From Candidatus Eiseniibacteriota bacterium (GTDB lineage Bacteria > Orphanbacterota > Orphanbacteria > Orphanbacterales > Orphanbacteraceae): 64,000 nt of DNA. Shown piece after piece: positions 17,201 to 26,197 of the stretch. A program made the position numbers and the translations under genes. The notes under the pieces are model-generated. The model worked only from the letters and a program-made list of their open reading frames with translations, did not search any database and was not told the origin of the DNA. The stretch's first letter is position 1, and each line of letters opens with the position of its first letter. The stretch lies in NCBI GenBank assembly GCA_043809585.1, contig JBDROZ010000064.1:1-64000 (forward strand). Reading direction: 5' to 3'.

Positions 17201-19855
17201 GCGCTCCTCATAGGTGCCCGCCGCAACGTTCACCGTGCTGCCATCGACGAGATCGATCCCTTCCTGGATTCGACCGCCGGCACCGGTCTGCGGGCTGTCG
17301 TCGTCGACCCACAGTTCGGAGAGGTCGATTTCGAAGCCCTTCGTGAAAACCGTTCCGCCCACGGCCCAGGGCGTGTAGTCGACCGGTCCGTCGATGAGGG
17401 CCGCCACCGCCGCGGGCGCGACGACACCGTAGAAGTTCCACGACGCGTCGACGATGTCCGCCAGCGTCGACGAAGCGACAACGGCGTAGGTACTGGAGGT
17501 GAAGCTGTTGCCGTGGAGCTCCGCGGAGATCGGTCCACCGTAATCATAGGCATAGAAGCCCGTGTCCCAGTCCAAGAAACGGCAACCGGTCACGGTGATG
17601 TCCACCGCGTCGGGGGATGTAGAGAAGGCGCCCATCCCCCAACTGTATTCGAGGTCCGTTCCGAAGAAGTCACAGTTGTCGACCGTGACGGCCATGGATG
17701 CCTTCGCGCCCCCCCCGAGTCCCTCGTCGATGGGGGAGGGGAGTGGACGGTCGAAGTCGGACTTCTTCGCCGAGGCATTGTAGGCGTAGAAGCCGTCGCC
17801 TTCCGGATTCGTGACCGTCCCTTCCGAGAAGGAACCGCTCATGCTGATCCAGTAAACGCTCGTCTGATTCCCGTCGAGCGCCATCCCCGTCACGGTGATC
17901 GGGGCCCCGTCGGAGGGGAGAAAACCGCTCGCCGTATAGGTCTCCCCGGTGTACGAGTTCCCGGAAATGTCGCAGTCCGCGATCGTTCCGCCGGAACCGT
18001 AGCCGACCTGAATCCCGTTCTGGGCGGTCACACCCGTGGCGCCTTGGCCGACCGTGGTCACCCGGGTGAGGTCGACGGTCAACCCGTCGCCGAGGAGGGC
18101 GACGCCCGTCTTCTGGTAGTCGTCGACGAGGACGTCCGTCATCGTGATCGTATACGGTCCTCCCGTGTCGTTGTACGAATAGACCCCGACCCCGTGCTGG
18201 GCGCCGCTGAAGGCGCTGTCCATGACGTTCAGCACCTCCATGTCGGTCATGGATCCGTCACCGTTCCAGAAGCCGACGCCGACGAACCGGTAGTTCGTGT
18301 CTCCCTGGTTCGCCCCGTCCACGGTGAGGTCGGCGAGGGCCACCCCCGTCGCCCCGTCGATGAAGACTACCGGGTAATTGTCGTCGCTGCTCGTGAAGAA
18401 CTCGGTGAGGGTCACCGGCGACTCGATTACCGTGAGGCCCGTCCCCGCGCCCGCCAGTGACAGGTTGCTCTTCGTCACGTGGACCTGCTCGACATACGTT
18501 CCCTCCGCGATGTCCACCGATCCGCCGGCGAGGACGCCGTCGACGCCCCCCTGGATCGTCCCGAAGGCATCGTAACCCCAGACGTAGTTCGTGGCGTTGG
18601 CCGTGTTGTAGGCGTCCACATCCGCCTGGCTCGTGAAGTCGTCGTCCACGAGGACCGTGGTCACGGCGTTGGTGGTGAAGGAGAGACCGCCGCCGAGCTC
18701 GCCGCACTCCTCGGGATAGTGGTTGCCGGAGCCGTAGAGCCAGCCGCCGCTCGCGTCCTGGGTGGCGCCCGCCCAGTATCCCATGTGGTTGATCTCGGTC
18801 TGGTAGGTCGCCTGATCGAGATTGCCGAGGGTCATCATGGCGTACGCGGTGGATTGCCAATCCGCGTCGTCGTCGTTCGCCCCGTAGCTGAAGCTGATCG
18901 CGCCCCCCGTGTACTGGCCGTCGAGGAGCCTCGTCACGAGCCCCGCGATCTCGGAGGTATGGACGCCCGCCGATGAAAAGGCGTCGATGAGCCCCGTGAT
19001 GCCGAGGTTGTACCAGTAGTAATCGAGATTCGAGTAGGTCGGATCCCATCCCGCGTCGTCGACGATATCGAAGTAGCCGGGATTGTCGTTGAACGAGTCC
19101 TCCCAGAGGACCTCCGCGATGTCGTCCGCATCGGTGTCGTACCCGTTCCCCGAATACCGGTCGTCGAGCATCGCCGCCGCCCGGGCCCACGCCCCGACGT
19201 CCCACGCGATGATCCCGTTTTCGTATCCCTGACCCGCTCGTACGTCACGGATGTGCTTCGCCAGAGAGTCGGCCGAACCGTAGATGGCCATCCGGCCTTC
19301 GTACTTGGCTCGGGCCGAATCGGCGTACGTCGTTCCGCTCACGGCCGGAAGGTCGTCATACAGCATGAGAAAGATCAGATCGCCCGCCGAGCGGATGTCC
19401 GCGTCAGCGATCATCACGTCCGCCGCGTCGGTGAGGGCGGTGAATAGGCCGGCGTCCCCCGACTCCATGTAGGCGTAGAGGAGGCCGATCCCGGTCGCCC
19501 CGTAGATGTTCTTCGGGCTCGCCGACGTGGAGTGAAAGAACGGGTCGGCCGGTGAGTTCCGCACCCAATCCCAGCCGCCGTCGTCCGGATCGTCCGGCGA
19601 CTCGTCGACGCCGTCCGTTCCGTTCCCGGCGTTGTCCTCGGTCACGTCCGCCGCCATCTGCTGCAGATAGGAGCCGAGGGATTGAAGTGCCTGGTCCAGG
19701 TCGACCGGGTCTCCGACCGCGCGGAGGGGCACGCGGATCTCCTCCCGCACCGGCGGCCGGAGGGGAATATTCTCGTCCAGCGGCTGGGCCTGGTTCGCCA
19801 GGATCGCTCCGGCGCCGAGGGCCAGGAGCGCCAGCACTTGAATCAGTCGTTTCAT
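14201..19855 (-). CDS. 1884-aa secreted multidomain protein: alpha-toroid, beta-helices, cohesin, Ig/FN3, dockerin-like, cohesin, FlgD-Ig CTD (large subunit 1)
   Basis: Signal peptide MKRLIQVLALLALGAGAILA; QDASGGW-type repeats; two beta-helix caps (TIQGGVD..IAEGTYVE, RIQEGID..VAAGTYEE); DARFNWWG; last ~680 aa collinear with 11059..13269. Confidence 0.8.
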   Translation of the reverse strand: MKRLIQVLALLALGAGAILANQAQPLDENIPLRPPVREEIRVPLRAVGDPVDLDQALQSLGSYLQQMAADVTEDNAGNGTDGVDESPDDPDDGGWDWVRNSPADPFFHSTSASPKNIYGATGIGLLYAYMESGDAGLFTALTDAADVMIADADIRSAGDLIFLMLYDDLPAVSGTTYADSARAKYEGRMAIYGSADSLAKHIRDVRAGQGYENGIIAWDVGAWARAAAMLDDRYSGNGYDTDADDIAEVLWEDSFNDNPGYFDIVDDAGWDPTYSNLDYYWYNLGITGLIDAFSSAGVHTSEIAGLVTRLLDGQYTGGAISFSYGANDDDADWQSTAYAMMTLGNLDQATYQTEINHMGYWAGATQDASGGWLYGSGNHYPEECGELGGGLSFTTNAVTTVLVDDDFTSQADVDAYNTANATNYVWGYDAFGTIQGGVDGVLAGGSVDIAEGTYVEQVHVTKSNLSLAGAGTGLTVIESPVTLTEFFTSSDDNYPVVFIDGATGVALADLTVDGANQGDTNYRFVGVGFWNGDGSMTDMEVLNVMDSAFSGAQHGVGVYSYNDTGGPYTITMTDVLVDDYQKTGVALLGDGLTVDLTRVTTVGQGATGVTAQNGIQVGYGSGGTIADCDISGNSYTGETYTASGFLPSDGAPITVTGMALDGNQTSVYWISMSGSFSEGTVTNPEGDGFYAYNASAKKSDFDRPLPSPIDEGLGGGAKASMAVTVDNCDFFGTDLEYSWGMGAFSTSPDAVDITVTGCRFLDWDTGFYAYDYGGPISAELHGNSFTSSTYAVVASSTLADIVDASWNFYGVVAPAAVAALIDGPVDYTPWAVGGTVFTKGFEIDLSELWVDDDSPQTGAGGRIQEGIDLVDGSTVNVAAGTYEERLSVHKAVDLRGAQYGVDPTTLGARTDSGAESIVDITGLPVTNPNVAVEVLGGVDGASIAGFTLIGSPTSHYADETVVRAWGNDLTVADNIIDGYFALLHKGGSGIDVLRNRMTINKVGVTFQPGTYDGCVIAGNHLIPGTGPASDASGIYMTGCTAIEVSGNVANGFPGGNGVGGSNLTNVQVLGNEFASCRKGVNFWGATTFITIAGNQLTGCSSAGVNVKGQDIDIENNIIEDNDIGVDVGYHVIDTKRVTLSYNSIVGNTTFGVREDGASDTVDARFNWWGDSSGPNVAKRGSGDNVTGNVAVDPWIGKEGGENIVCDPDPEVLTVASPTKTIDVNYLGGGSGLVYGYNMTFSWDPSVSTSVGQVTQGNLLSDQGTTQFFANQVGSTITVNCVLLGAQPGVSGPGTMFSVEFDGVSCDTSVIDLTVVAVRDNNNQPLSGFYADDGAIYVDLTAPVFTVNGPAVGECYAAAPVLDLEASEACGDLDDAFYRVDGGAWTADAGLFTDYAGVAWTNATWTLPGFAGLGEGEHTVDFYCTDDFGDSSATVSWTFTKDTVAPPVATAFDAAPGNGKVHLSWTNPVSDDFDHVVVVRKAWDASSPYGYPDYLGSPSYPADPSDGVTVYSGTASSFDDDPLTDRSIWFYRAFTYDCADNYSGGTPPGDPILGSFAQGDRATNYWLGDVASPYDGEVKFADINDLSDTYWEVDGSLDWNGECDVGPTDNWSRLGIPRPDDVVDFEDLLIFAMNFNVVDPSGKASPPVVLAGASKASSPTLRLLPADEGTADLPVRLVLEGNDGEVKGASVELLFDASVLEFVSAVPSQDLSSGQVFFISEERSSGRVTIDLAALGTERSIHGSGDLAVLSFTRRAEGDGDLRFGDVILRDAENGNVDFQTDNATGVLPGTIPSVTRLVGAAPNPFNPTTTIRFEMNVPSHVSVVIYDAQGRMVRTLVDESKSAGAFDAVWDGRDDRGHSAGSGVYFVRMVAGDYSRSAKVVMLR

Positions 19856-20715
19856 GGGAGCCTCCTTCGAGAGAAAGGAACTCGACGTTTCGATCGTTGG
19901 AGGGTCAGGACGGGCGCCGCCCGGGCGCCCGGATTCGGCCGTCGCCTTGCCGTGGGTCGCCCCGGGGTCACCGGTCCCGGGCGTGGGCGTTCCCCCGGCG
20001 CGGCGGCCGGTGGGGAGCGGTCATGGGTACCTCCTCCTGTTCGGCTAAACGGGGGCGACCCCGAAGAAGTCCGGGGGAACCTTCATGTCTGGGCCCGCCC
20101 GGGGCCGCCCTTCATGTTTGATGCTCCGGACGGGGGGAACACCCCGTCCGGGGCCCCGGAGCCGCTCACGCACCTCCGGAATCGTGGCCCAAAAAGAAGA
20201 GGCGCCGAGTCTCGATGCTCGACGCCGAACCGTTCGGGCCGCTCCCCGCATCCACGACTCCGGGGCCGGCATCGCGGGGGCATCGATCTCGATCTTGGTA
20301 TGCTTCTTCTCTCATTGGCAATTCCGAAGCTTCAGCGGATCGGACGCCCACGACGAGTGTGTCCGAACCTGCAAACAAGGCTTACCGCCCCGTTCTGATC
20401 GATTAGGATCGAAACATGGAGAATTCGGCTATTCGTACGGCATTCACACGCGTTCTGTCCATCAATAAATCAATGGACGGCGCGCAAGAATTCCATCATA
20501 TTGTGGTATTGATGTCAAGACAATTGCATTGCATCTGCATTACTCGCTACCGAATCTTCTAACTATTGATGATACAGATCTTTCTGGCATGCTCTTCGAG
20601 TCGTTTCAACATGACGACGGTTGCGCCGTCTCTTCCGGCGGGTTACGATGTTCGTGGCGGCCCTCCGAATCCCGGGGGGCCGGAGCGCTACGAGCCGCAG
20701 TCGGAGATCGAGGCC

Positions 20716-22608
20716 ATGGCCGGACAGGGCAAGAAGACCGCCCGCTTCCTCGGGACGCTCTGTCTCGCGGCGCTGATCACGACGGGCTGCGGGGGGGGCG
20801 GAGGGCGTCCCGCCGGCCTCGGGGACGGGGGGGGGCGGGCCACCATCGAACCGGACGGGCCCGTCGTCGTCGGATCCCGGGGCACCTGGACGGTCCGGTA
20901 CGTGGCCGGCGACGAGGGGGTCGCCCGGGGGGGAGGAGTGGTCGTCCACTGCCCCGTCTTCTGGGAGTGGTCGGAGCCCCAAACCGTCTCTCCCGGATAC
21001 CCGGGGTATTGCACCGTGGCCGTCTCGAACCGGCGGGTCCGTCTCGGTGTGTACGCCCATCCGGAGCTCCACTATCTCAGCGCCAAGGTGGAGGACGGGT
21101 TCCTCTCCCCGGGGGACTCGATCCGGTTCGTTTACGGGGATACACTCGGCGGTGACGCCCCCGAGGGGAGGGCTCGGGCCGATTCCTATGCCGAGAGGGT
21201 CCAGGAGTTCCTCGTCAAGGTAGACGGCGATGGGGACGGGGTCTTCGCCGAGATCGCCGAATCACCCGATCTCACCCTGGTCCCCGGCCCGGCGGCCGCC
21301 CTCCGCATCTACGTCCGCGCCGAAGCGGACCTGAACGACTCCACCCGCGTCACCGTCGCCGCCCTGGACCGGTTCGGCAACCGGGCCCGGGGCTATGCCG
21401 GGACCATCCGCTTCTCCCACAAGTGGGACGTGCTCGACGCACCGATCAGCTACGCCTTCGAGCCTGAAGACTCGGGGGCGGCGGCGTTCACGGTCCGATT
21501 CACCGCCCCCGGGTTCCAGACGCTCGGCGTGGTGGAGGAGGGGGGAACCCTTCAGAGCCAATCCAATCCGATCCGCGTCCGCCCCCCCGGGGACGGGACG
21601 CCCTACCAGGTTCTGTGGGGCGATCTGCACATGCACTCCCGCCTTTCCGACGGCACGGGAGAACCGGACGACCTCTATCGGTACGCCCGGGACGTGGGGA
21701 ACCTCGACGTGGCGGCCGTCACCGACCACGACCACCACGGTCTCCGTCCCCTCGGGGCCGAATCGTGGAAGGCCATGGAGGAGTGGGCCGCCGAGTTCTA
21801 CGAGCCCGGGCTCCTGGTGACCCTCCTCGGGTACGAGTGGACGAATTGGGTGTACGGCCACCGCAACGTGTACTACGGGGGCCCCTCGGGCCCGCTCCAT
21901 TCCACCGCGGACTCCGCCACGAACACGCCGGAAGAGCTCTGGGCCGCTCTCGAGGGGGGTTCGGCCATGACCATCGCCCATCACACCGGCGGGGGACCGG
22001 TGCCCACCGACTGGAGCGTGCCCCCCCCCGCGGAGTGGGAAACCCTCGTCGAGATCAGCTCGATTCACGGCTCCTCCGAGCAGATCGGAGGTCTCAAAGA
22101 GATCTACGACCCGGCGCCGGGATCCTTCGTCCGGGACGCCCTCGCTCTCGGATACCGCCTCGGCTTCATCGGATCGGGCGACGGCCATGTCGGCCATCCG
22201 GGGGAGACCGAGTCCCCGTCGGGGGGGCTCGCGGGGATTCTCGCCGAGGAACGGACCCGCGAGTCGGTGTGGGAAGCCCTCCGGGCCCGCCGCACCTACG
22301 CCACGTCCGGAGAGCGCATTTGGCTCCGATTCCGGCTCGGCGAACATTGGATGGGGGAAGAGGTGGTCGGAGGAGAGTTGCCCGACCGTCTCTCCTTCCA
22401 CCTGGAGGCGGGGGGGACGGCCCCGATCGACGTGGCCGAGCTGATCGGCAACGGGACGACCCTCGACACGCTTTTCGGATCGGAAGAGACCCTCGAAGGA
22501 ACATTGGAGGCGGACAATAATCGATCCGAATCTTCCTATTACTACGTCCGTGTCCTCCAGATGGACGGCGGGATCGCCTGGTCCAGCCCGATCTGGATCA
22601 ATCCCTGA
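20716..22608 (+). CDS. Lipoprotein PHP-like metallohydrolase (DUF3604/CehA-McbA-like)
   Basis: Lipobox LITTGC; WGDLHMHS..SDG, VTDHDH, GYEWT, HRNV, GSGDGH and terminal AWSSPIW. Start moved to ATG 20716. Confidence 0.82.
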   Translation: MAGQGKKTARFLGTLCLAALITTGCGGGGGRPAGLGDGGGRATIEPDGPVVVGSRGTWTVRYVAGDEGVARGGGVVVHCPVFWEWSEPQTVSPGYPGYCTVAVSNRRVRLGVYAHPELHYLSAKVEDGFLSPGDSIRFVYGDTLGGDAPEGRARADSYAERVQEFLVKVDGDGDGVFAEIAESPDLTLVPGPAAALRIYVRAEADLNDSTRVTVAALDRFGNRARGYAGTIRFSHKWDVLDAPISYAFEPEDSGAAAFTVRFTAPGFQTLGVVEEGGTLQSQSNPIRVRPPGDGTPYQVLWGDLHMHSRLSDGTGEPDDLYRYARDVGNLDVAAVTDHDHHGLRPLGAESWKAMEEWAAEFYEPGLLVTLLGYEWTNWVYGHRNVYYGGPSGPLHSTADSATNTPEELWAALEGGSAMTIAHHTGGGPVPTDWSVPPPAEWETLVEISSIHGSSEQIGGLKEIYDPAPGSFVRDALALGYRLGFIGSGDGHVGHPGETESPSGGLAGILAEERTRESVWEALRARRTYATSGERIWLRFRLGEHWMGEEVVGGELPDRLSFHLEAGGTAPIDVAELIGNGTTLDTLFGSEETLEGTLEADNNRSESSYYYVRVLQMDGGIAWSSPIWINP

Positions 22609-22824
22609 GAATGATAGATCCCCGCCCGGAGAGCGAGACCCCGGACTTCGCACCTTGATTCCGCTCCGTTGCAAAAGGCCAGTAGCCTCCGGATCGCCGC
22701 GGGGCGGCGCCTGACAACTCTTTCGCGAACAATCTGTTGCGCCTGAGGTCCCTTTCCGCTTTGCTGGTACGACTCTTGCGGAGTTGGAATCGGCGGTCGG
22801 TTCATTCGAGGGAGAACGGGGTCC

Positions 22825-24003
22825 ATGTCGCTCTACGCCGCGGAAACGCACGCCCGGACATCAAGGGAAGAAGTGCTCCTCTCCCGCCTTTTCGGCACTC
22901 TCGACCTGCTCGACCGGGATGCCTACCTCGGCGGCCTGCTTCGAGAAGCCTCGGTCGACATCGCCTCCGGCGATCTCCCGTCCGCCCAGATCCAGTTCTG
23001 GCCCGAGCTCGGGACCTGCCGGCCCGATGTGGTGATCGAGAGCGATTCGCTTCTCCTCTTCGTCGTCGGACGGGGGCGGAACGAGATCGATGCCGATGCA
23101 CTCCTGCTCCTCGCGGAGCGGGGTTGGAAATTCTCCCCACGGTTCAACCTTCTCGTGATTACGGACGGCAACGATTCGCCTCCGGAGCTCGAGACCATGG
23201 CGACACGGTTTCCGCAAAAGAAGGAACCGCCCCTCCGCTGGATCTCCTGGTCCTCGGTTTACCGGGTTCTCCACCGGCGGCTCCGGGAAACCGGCGCCGG
23301 GCCGCCGACGCGGGAGGTGCTCCAGGACCTGCTCGGTCTCCTCGCCGCGGAGGGGCTTGCCCCGTTCGTCGGCTTCGATCCGTCCGTGCTGCGCGCCTAC
23401 CGGGAGTCGCTGCCCGCTTTCGACCGCCTCCACGGGTCGGCCCGCCTCTTCGTCTCGGATCTCGAGGCGCGGCTCCAGGCGGCGGGGATCCGGCGAATCT
23501 CGATGAGAGGGGAGGGGGACGGCGACCTGTCCGCCCAGGCGCCCCGGGAGGTGGACCTCGACTTCGTCGACGAATCATGGAATCCGGGCATCGTCTCCGT
23601 GGGGGGGCTCTTCGTGCACGTCGATTACATGCTCGGCGAAGTGCGGGCCGGTTTCCGGGCGAATCTCGCCGACTCCTCCGCGAAGGCGCTGCTCGTCGAG
23701 GGGCGGAGCCGGATCGCCGAGGTGTTTCGGGAGAACGAAGAGGTCTTCATCCGCATGACGGGGGAAGAGGCTTCCCCGGTGCCGGGACGGGACCCGTCCC
23801 TGCTCGCCCGCCTCGAAACCAGAAACGGCGCGGGAAGGCTCGAGCGGGTCGAGCTCCTTTCCACCTTCGACGGGTCCGAGGTCGACGTGACCGAACGAGT
23901 GGTCGGAGCCCTCGTCGCCTTCCGGGACATCGCCGTGAACGTCCCCCTTCTTCCTATCCACCGCATCGACGGCGAGAGCCCCTTCGTCGTTGCCGGCCAA
24001 TAA
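22825..24003 (+). CDS. Hypothetical protein with a degenerate PD-(D/E)XK-like N-terminal domain
   Basis: GGGAG RBS; FWP..RPDVVIE..LLLFV and WISW motifs, but no E-x-K. Confidence 0.6.
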   Translation: MSLYAAETHARTSREEVLLSRLFGTLDLLDRDAYLGGLLREASVDIASGDLPSAQIQFWPELGTCRPDVVIESDSLLLFVVGRGRNEIDADALLLLAERGWKFSPRFNLLVITDGNDSPPELETMATRFPQKKEPPLRWISWSSVYRVLHRRLRETGAGPPTREVLQDLLGLLAAEGLAPFVGFDPSVLRAYRESLPAFDRLHGSARLFVSDLEARLQAAGIRRISMRGEGDGDLSAQAPREVDLDFVDESWNPGIVSVGGLFVHVDYMLGEVRAGFRANLADSSAKALLVEGRSRIAEVFRENEEVFIRMTGEEASPVPGRDPSLLARLETRNGAGRLERVELLSTFDGSEVDVTERVVGALVAFRDIAVNVPLLPIHRIDGESPFVVAGQ

Positions 24004-24206
24004 CGAACCCGCGGCCCCTCATCGAAATCGATTGCGGCCGAAAATCGCGGGCTGCGAGGCCCCCTTTCCTTCGTCGCTTCCTCACCGTAGCTTCGGCTAC
24101 GCCTCCGGGAGTTCCTCGTCCAAGGGGGCCTCTCGCCACGCTCCCTGACGGCCTCATGACGATTTCGAATCGGGTCCGCGGGTTCATCGGACGGAGGGAC
24201 CGAATC

Positions 24207-25673
24207 TCATCGCTTCAACCGCGCCAGGCGCAGCAACGAGTCCTTGTCGGTGGCGGTGAGGGGGCCGAAGCGCCAGAGGAGGAGGGCGGCGGGGAAGAAA
24301 TAGAGGACCGAGCCGAGGGCGAGCAGGGGGAAGGGGCCGAGGGGGAGCCGGGCGAGGGCGACGAGGGGGAGGGCGGGGAGAAGGGCGAGGCCGAGAAGCC
24401 GCCCGGCGCCTCCCCAAGGGAAGACGCTCCGCCAGGGGACGCCGAGGAGTTTCGACGTCACCACGAGATAAAAGATCGCCTGGGCGTAGGTGGCGATCAC
24501 CGTGGCGATGGCCGGTCCGAGGTAGGAAAACCGGGGGATCAGCAGGATGGAGAGCCCGAGGTTCGCGAGCACGTCGACGAGGGCGACCGCCGCCACGAGC
24601 TTCGACCGCCCGAGAGCGAGAAGGACCGGCGTGTAGGTGGCGCTCCGGAGGGGGAGGAGCAGGAGGTAGACCCGGAAGGGCCCCGCGCTGTCGGCGTAGG
24701 CGCTCGAAAAGAGAAAAACGAGAAAGGGAACGGCGAGCACCATGAGGAAGGCGAAGAGGGGGATCAGGATGGCCCCTGCCTTCAGGATCGCCCGGTGCCA
24801 GAGGGCGAGCATCTCCTCCTTCTTCCCCTCTTCGGAGAGCCGGGAAAACTCCGGGATCACCACCGACGAAATCGCGCCGGCGAGAACGTTGACGAAGGGG
24901 ATCTCCACGGCGCCGTTCGCGTAGATCGCGAAGGTCTCCGGATTGAAGAAGGCGGAGACGATGTTCTTGTCGAGCCATCGCGCGAGAATGCGGAGGAGAT
25001 CGTTGAGCGCCACCGGAAGGGAATAGCCGACGAAGGCCCGGAGGAGCCCCGGCTTCGTCTCCGCGGCGACCCCCGCCACCGTATGCGCCGAGGCGCCGAG
25101 GAGCAGACCCGCCCGTACGAGGCCGTAGCCGACCAGGGACCAGAGAATCGCCGAAAGGGCGAGCCCGAGGAGGGCGGGAAGGAAGACGGCCGCGACGAGC
25201 ACCGCCGAATGGGCGATCGTCACGACACCGAGAAGACGGTGCCGGTTTTGGGTGATGAGAAACGCGTCCATCGGCATGCCCGGCACGACGAACAGCGCGT
25301 AGAGGGCGAAGGTCCGGAGCGTCCCCAAGAGCATCGGGTTCCGGAACGTCCGGGCCACGAAAGGGGCGCCGAGAAAGAGCCCGAGGGCGAGAAGGGCGCC
25401 GACCAGGGCGAGGAGCGCCGTCACCCGGATCAGGAATCCCTTCCGCTCCCCCGGTGTCAGCTTCGGCCCGAAATAGAGAATGCCCACGGGAAAACCGAGG
25501 AGGGCGATCTCGATGCACATGTTGGTGAAGAACCAGGTCTGCTGGAACGTGCCGTAGAGCGCCCGGTCGAGGTGGCGGGAGAGGAACATGCTCACCACGA
25601 GCACGGTGACCGAGGTGGCGACCAGTCGGGAAGATCCTATGATCCCGACCTTCTTGGTGAGTCCGCCGTTCAA
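24207..25673 (-). CDS. Wzx/MOP-family oligosaccharide flippase
   Basis: Many TM segments; LSRHL..YGTFQQ, LDKNIVSAFF..FAIYANGA; TTG start overlaps the upstream stop. Confidence 0.85.
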   Translation of the reverse strand: MNGGLTKKVGIIGSSRLVATSVTVLVVSMFLSRHLDRALYGTFQQTWFFTNMCIEIALLGFPVGILYFGPKLTPGERKGFLIRVTALLALVGALLALGLFLGAPFVARTFRNPMLLGTLRTFALYALFVVPGMPMDAFLITQNRHRLLGVVTIAHSAVLVAAVFLPALLGLALSAILWSLVGYGLVRAGLLLGASAHTVAGVAAETKPGLLRAFVGYSLPVALNDLLRILARWLDKNIVSAFFNPETFAIYANGAVEIPFVNVLAGAISSVVIPEFSRLSEEGKKEEMLALWHRAILKAGAILIPLFAFLMVLAVPFLVFLFSSAYADSAGPFRVYLLLLPLRSATYTPVLLALGRSKLVAAVALVDVLANLGLSILLIPRFSYLGPAIATVIATYAQAIFYLVVTSKLLGVPWRSVFPWGGAGRLLGLALLPALPLVALARLPLGPFPLLALGSVLYFFPAALLLWRFGPLTATDKDSLLRLARLKR

Positions 25674-26197
25674 CGGTCCCCGCCGTCCGCTTTCTCGTCG
25701 AGCCCGCGGATCACCTTGGCCGGATTGCCGCCGATGACGCACCGTCCCTCGGGAAAGCTCTTGGTGACCACCGCCCCGGCGCCCACGATCGTTCGGTCCC
25801 CGAGCTCCACGCCGGGAAGGAGGACGGCGTTCATGCCGATCCAGCAACGGTTGCCGATCCGAATCGGTGGAGCGGGCAGGTGGCGCGTGTTGTCGTCGAG
25901 ATCGTGGTTCGCGCTGATGAGGCCGACGCCGGGCGCCATGTTGACGTCGTCGCCGATTTCGATCCCGTTCAGCGCCTGGATGTAGGTCCCCGGCGAATCG
26001 CCCGGGTAATTCGGGCCCTTCCCGAATCGGATCTTGTCCGGGTGGTGGATGGTGCTCGTGAAGTGCACGGGCCAGGGAACGGAGGAGTTGATCCGGAGGA
26101 TCTTCTTCGCCCACCAGTTCATCCACCAGAACGAGAGGGGGACGCCGGGGGGCACCCGGAAGAGGGCGAGTATCGAGCGCCGGAGAAGGGATCTCAT
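25670..26197 (-). CDS. Hexapeptide-repeat (LbH) sugar O-acyltransferase
   Basis: IEIGDDV..ANHD..IRIGNRCWIG..VGAGAVVTK..GGNPAKVIR; ATG overlaps the upstream stop. Confidence 0.9.
   Translation of the reverse strand: MRSLLRRSILALFRVPPGVPLSFWWMNWWAKKILRINSSVPWPVHFTSTIHHPDKIRFGKGPNYPGDSPGTYIQALNGIEIGDDVNMAPGVGLISANHDLDDNTRHLPAPPIRIGNRCWIGMNAVLLPGVELGDRTIVGAGAVVTKSFPEGRCVIGGNPAKVIRGLDEKADGGDR

Noticed and set aside
20585-20599. Sigma54 promoter TGGCATGCTCTTCGA
   Set aside because: The -12 position is GA rather than the required GC.
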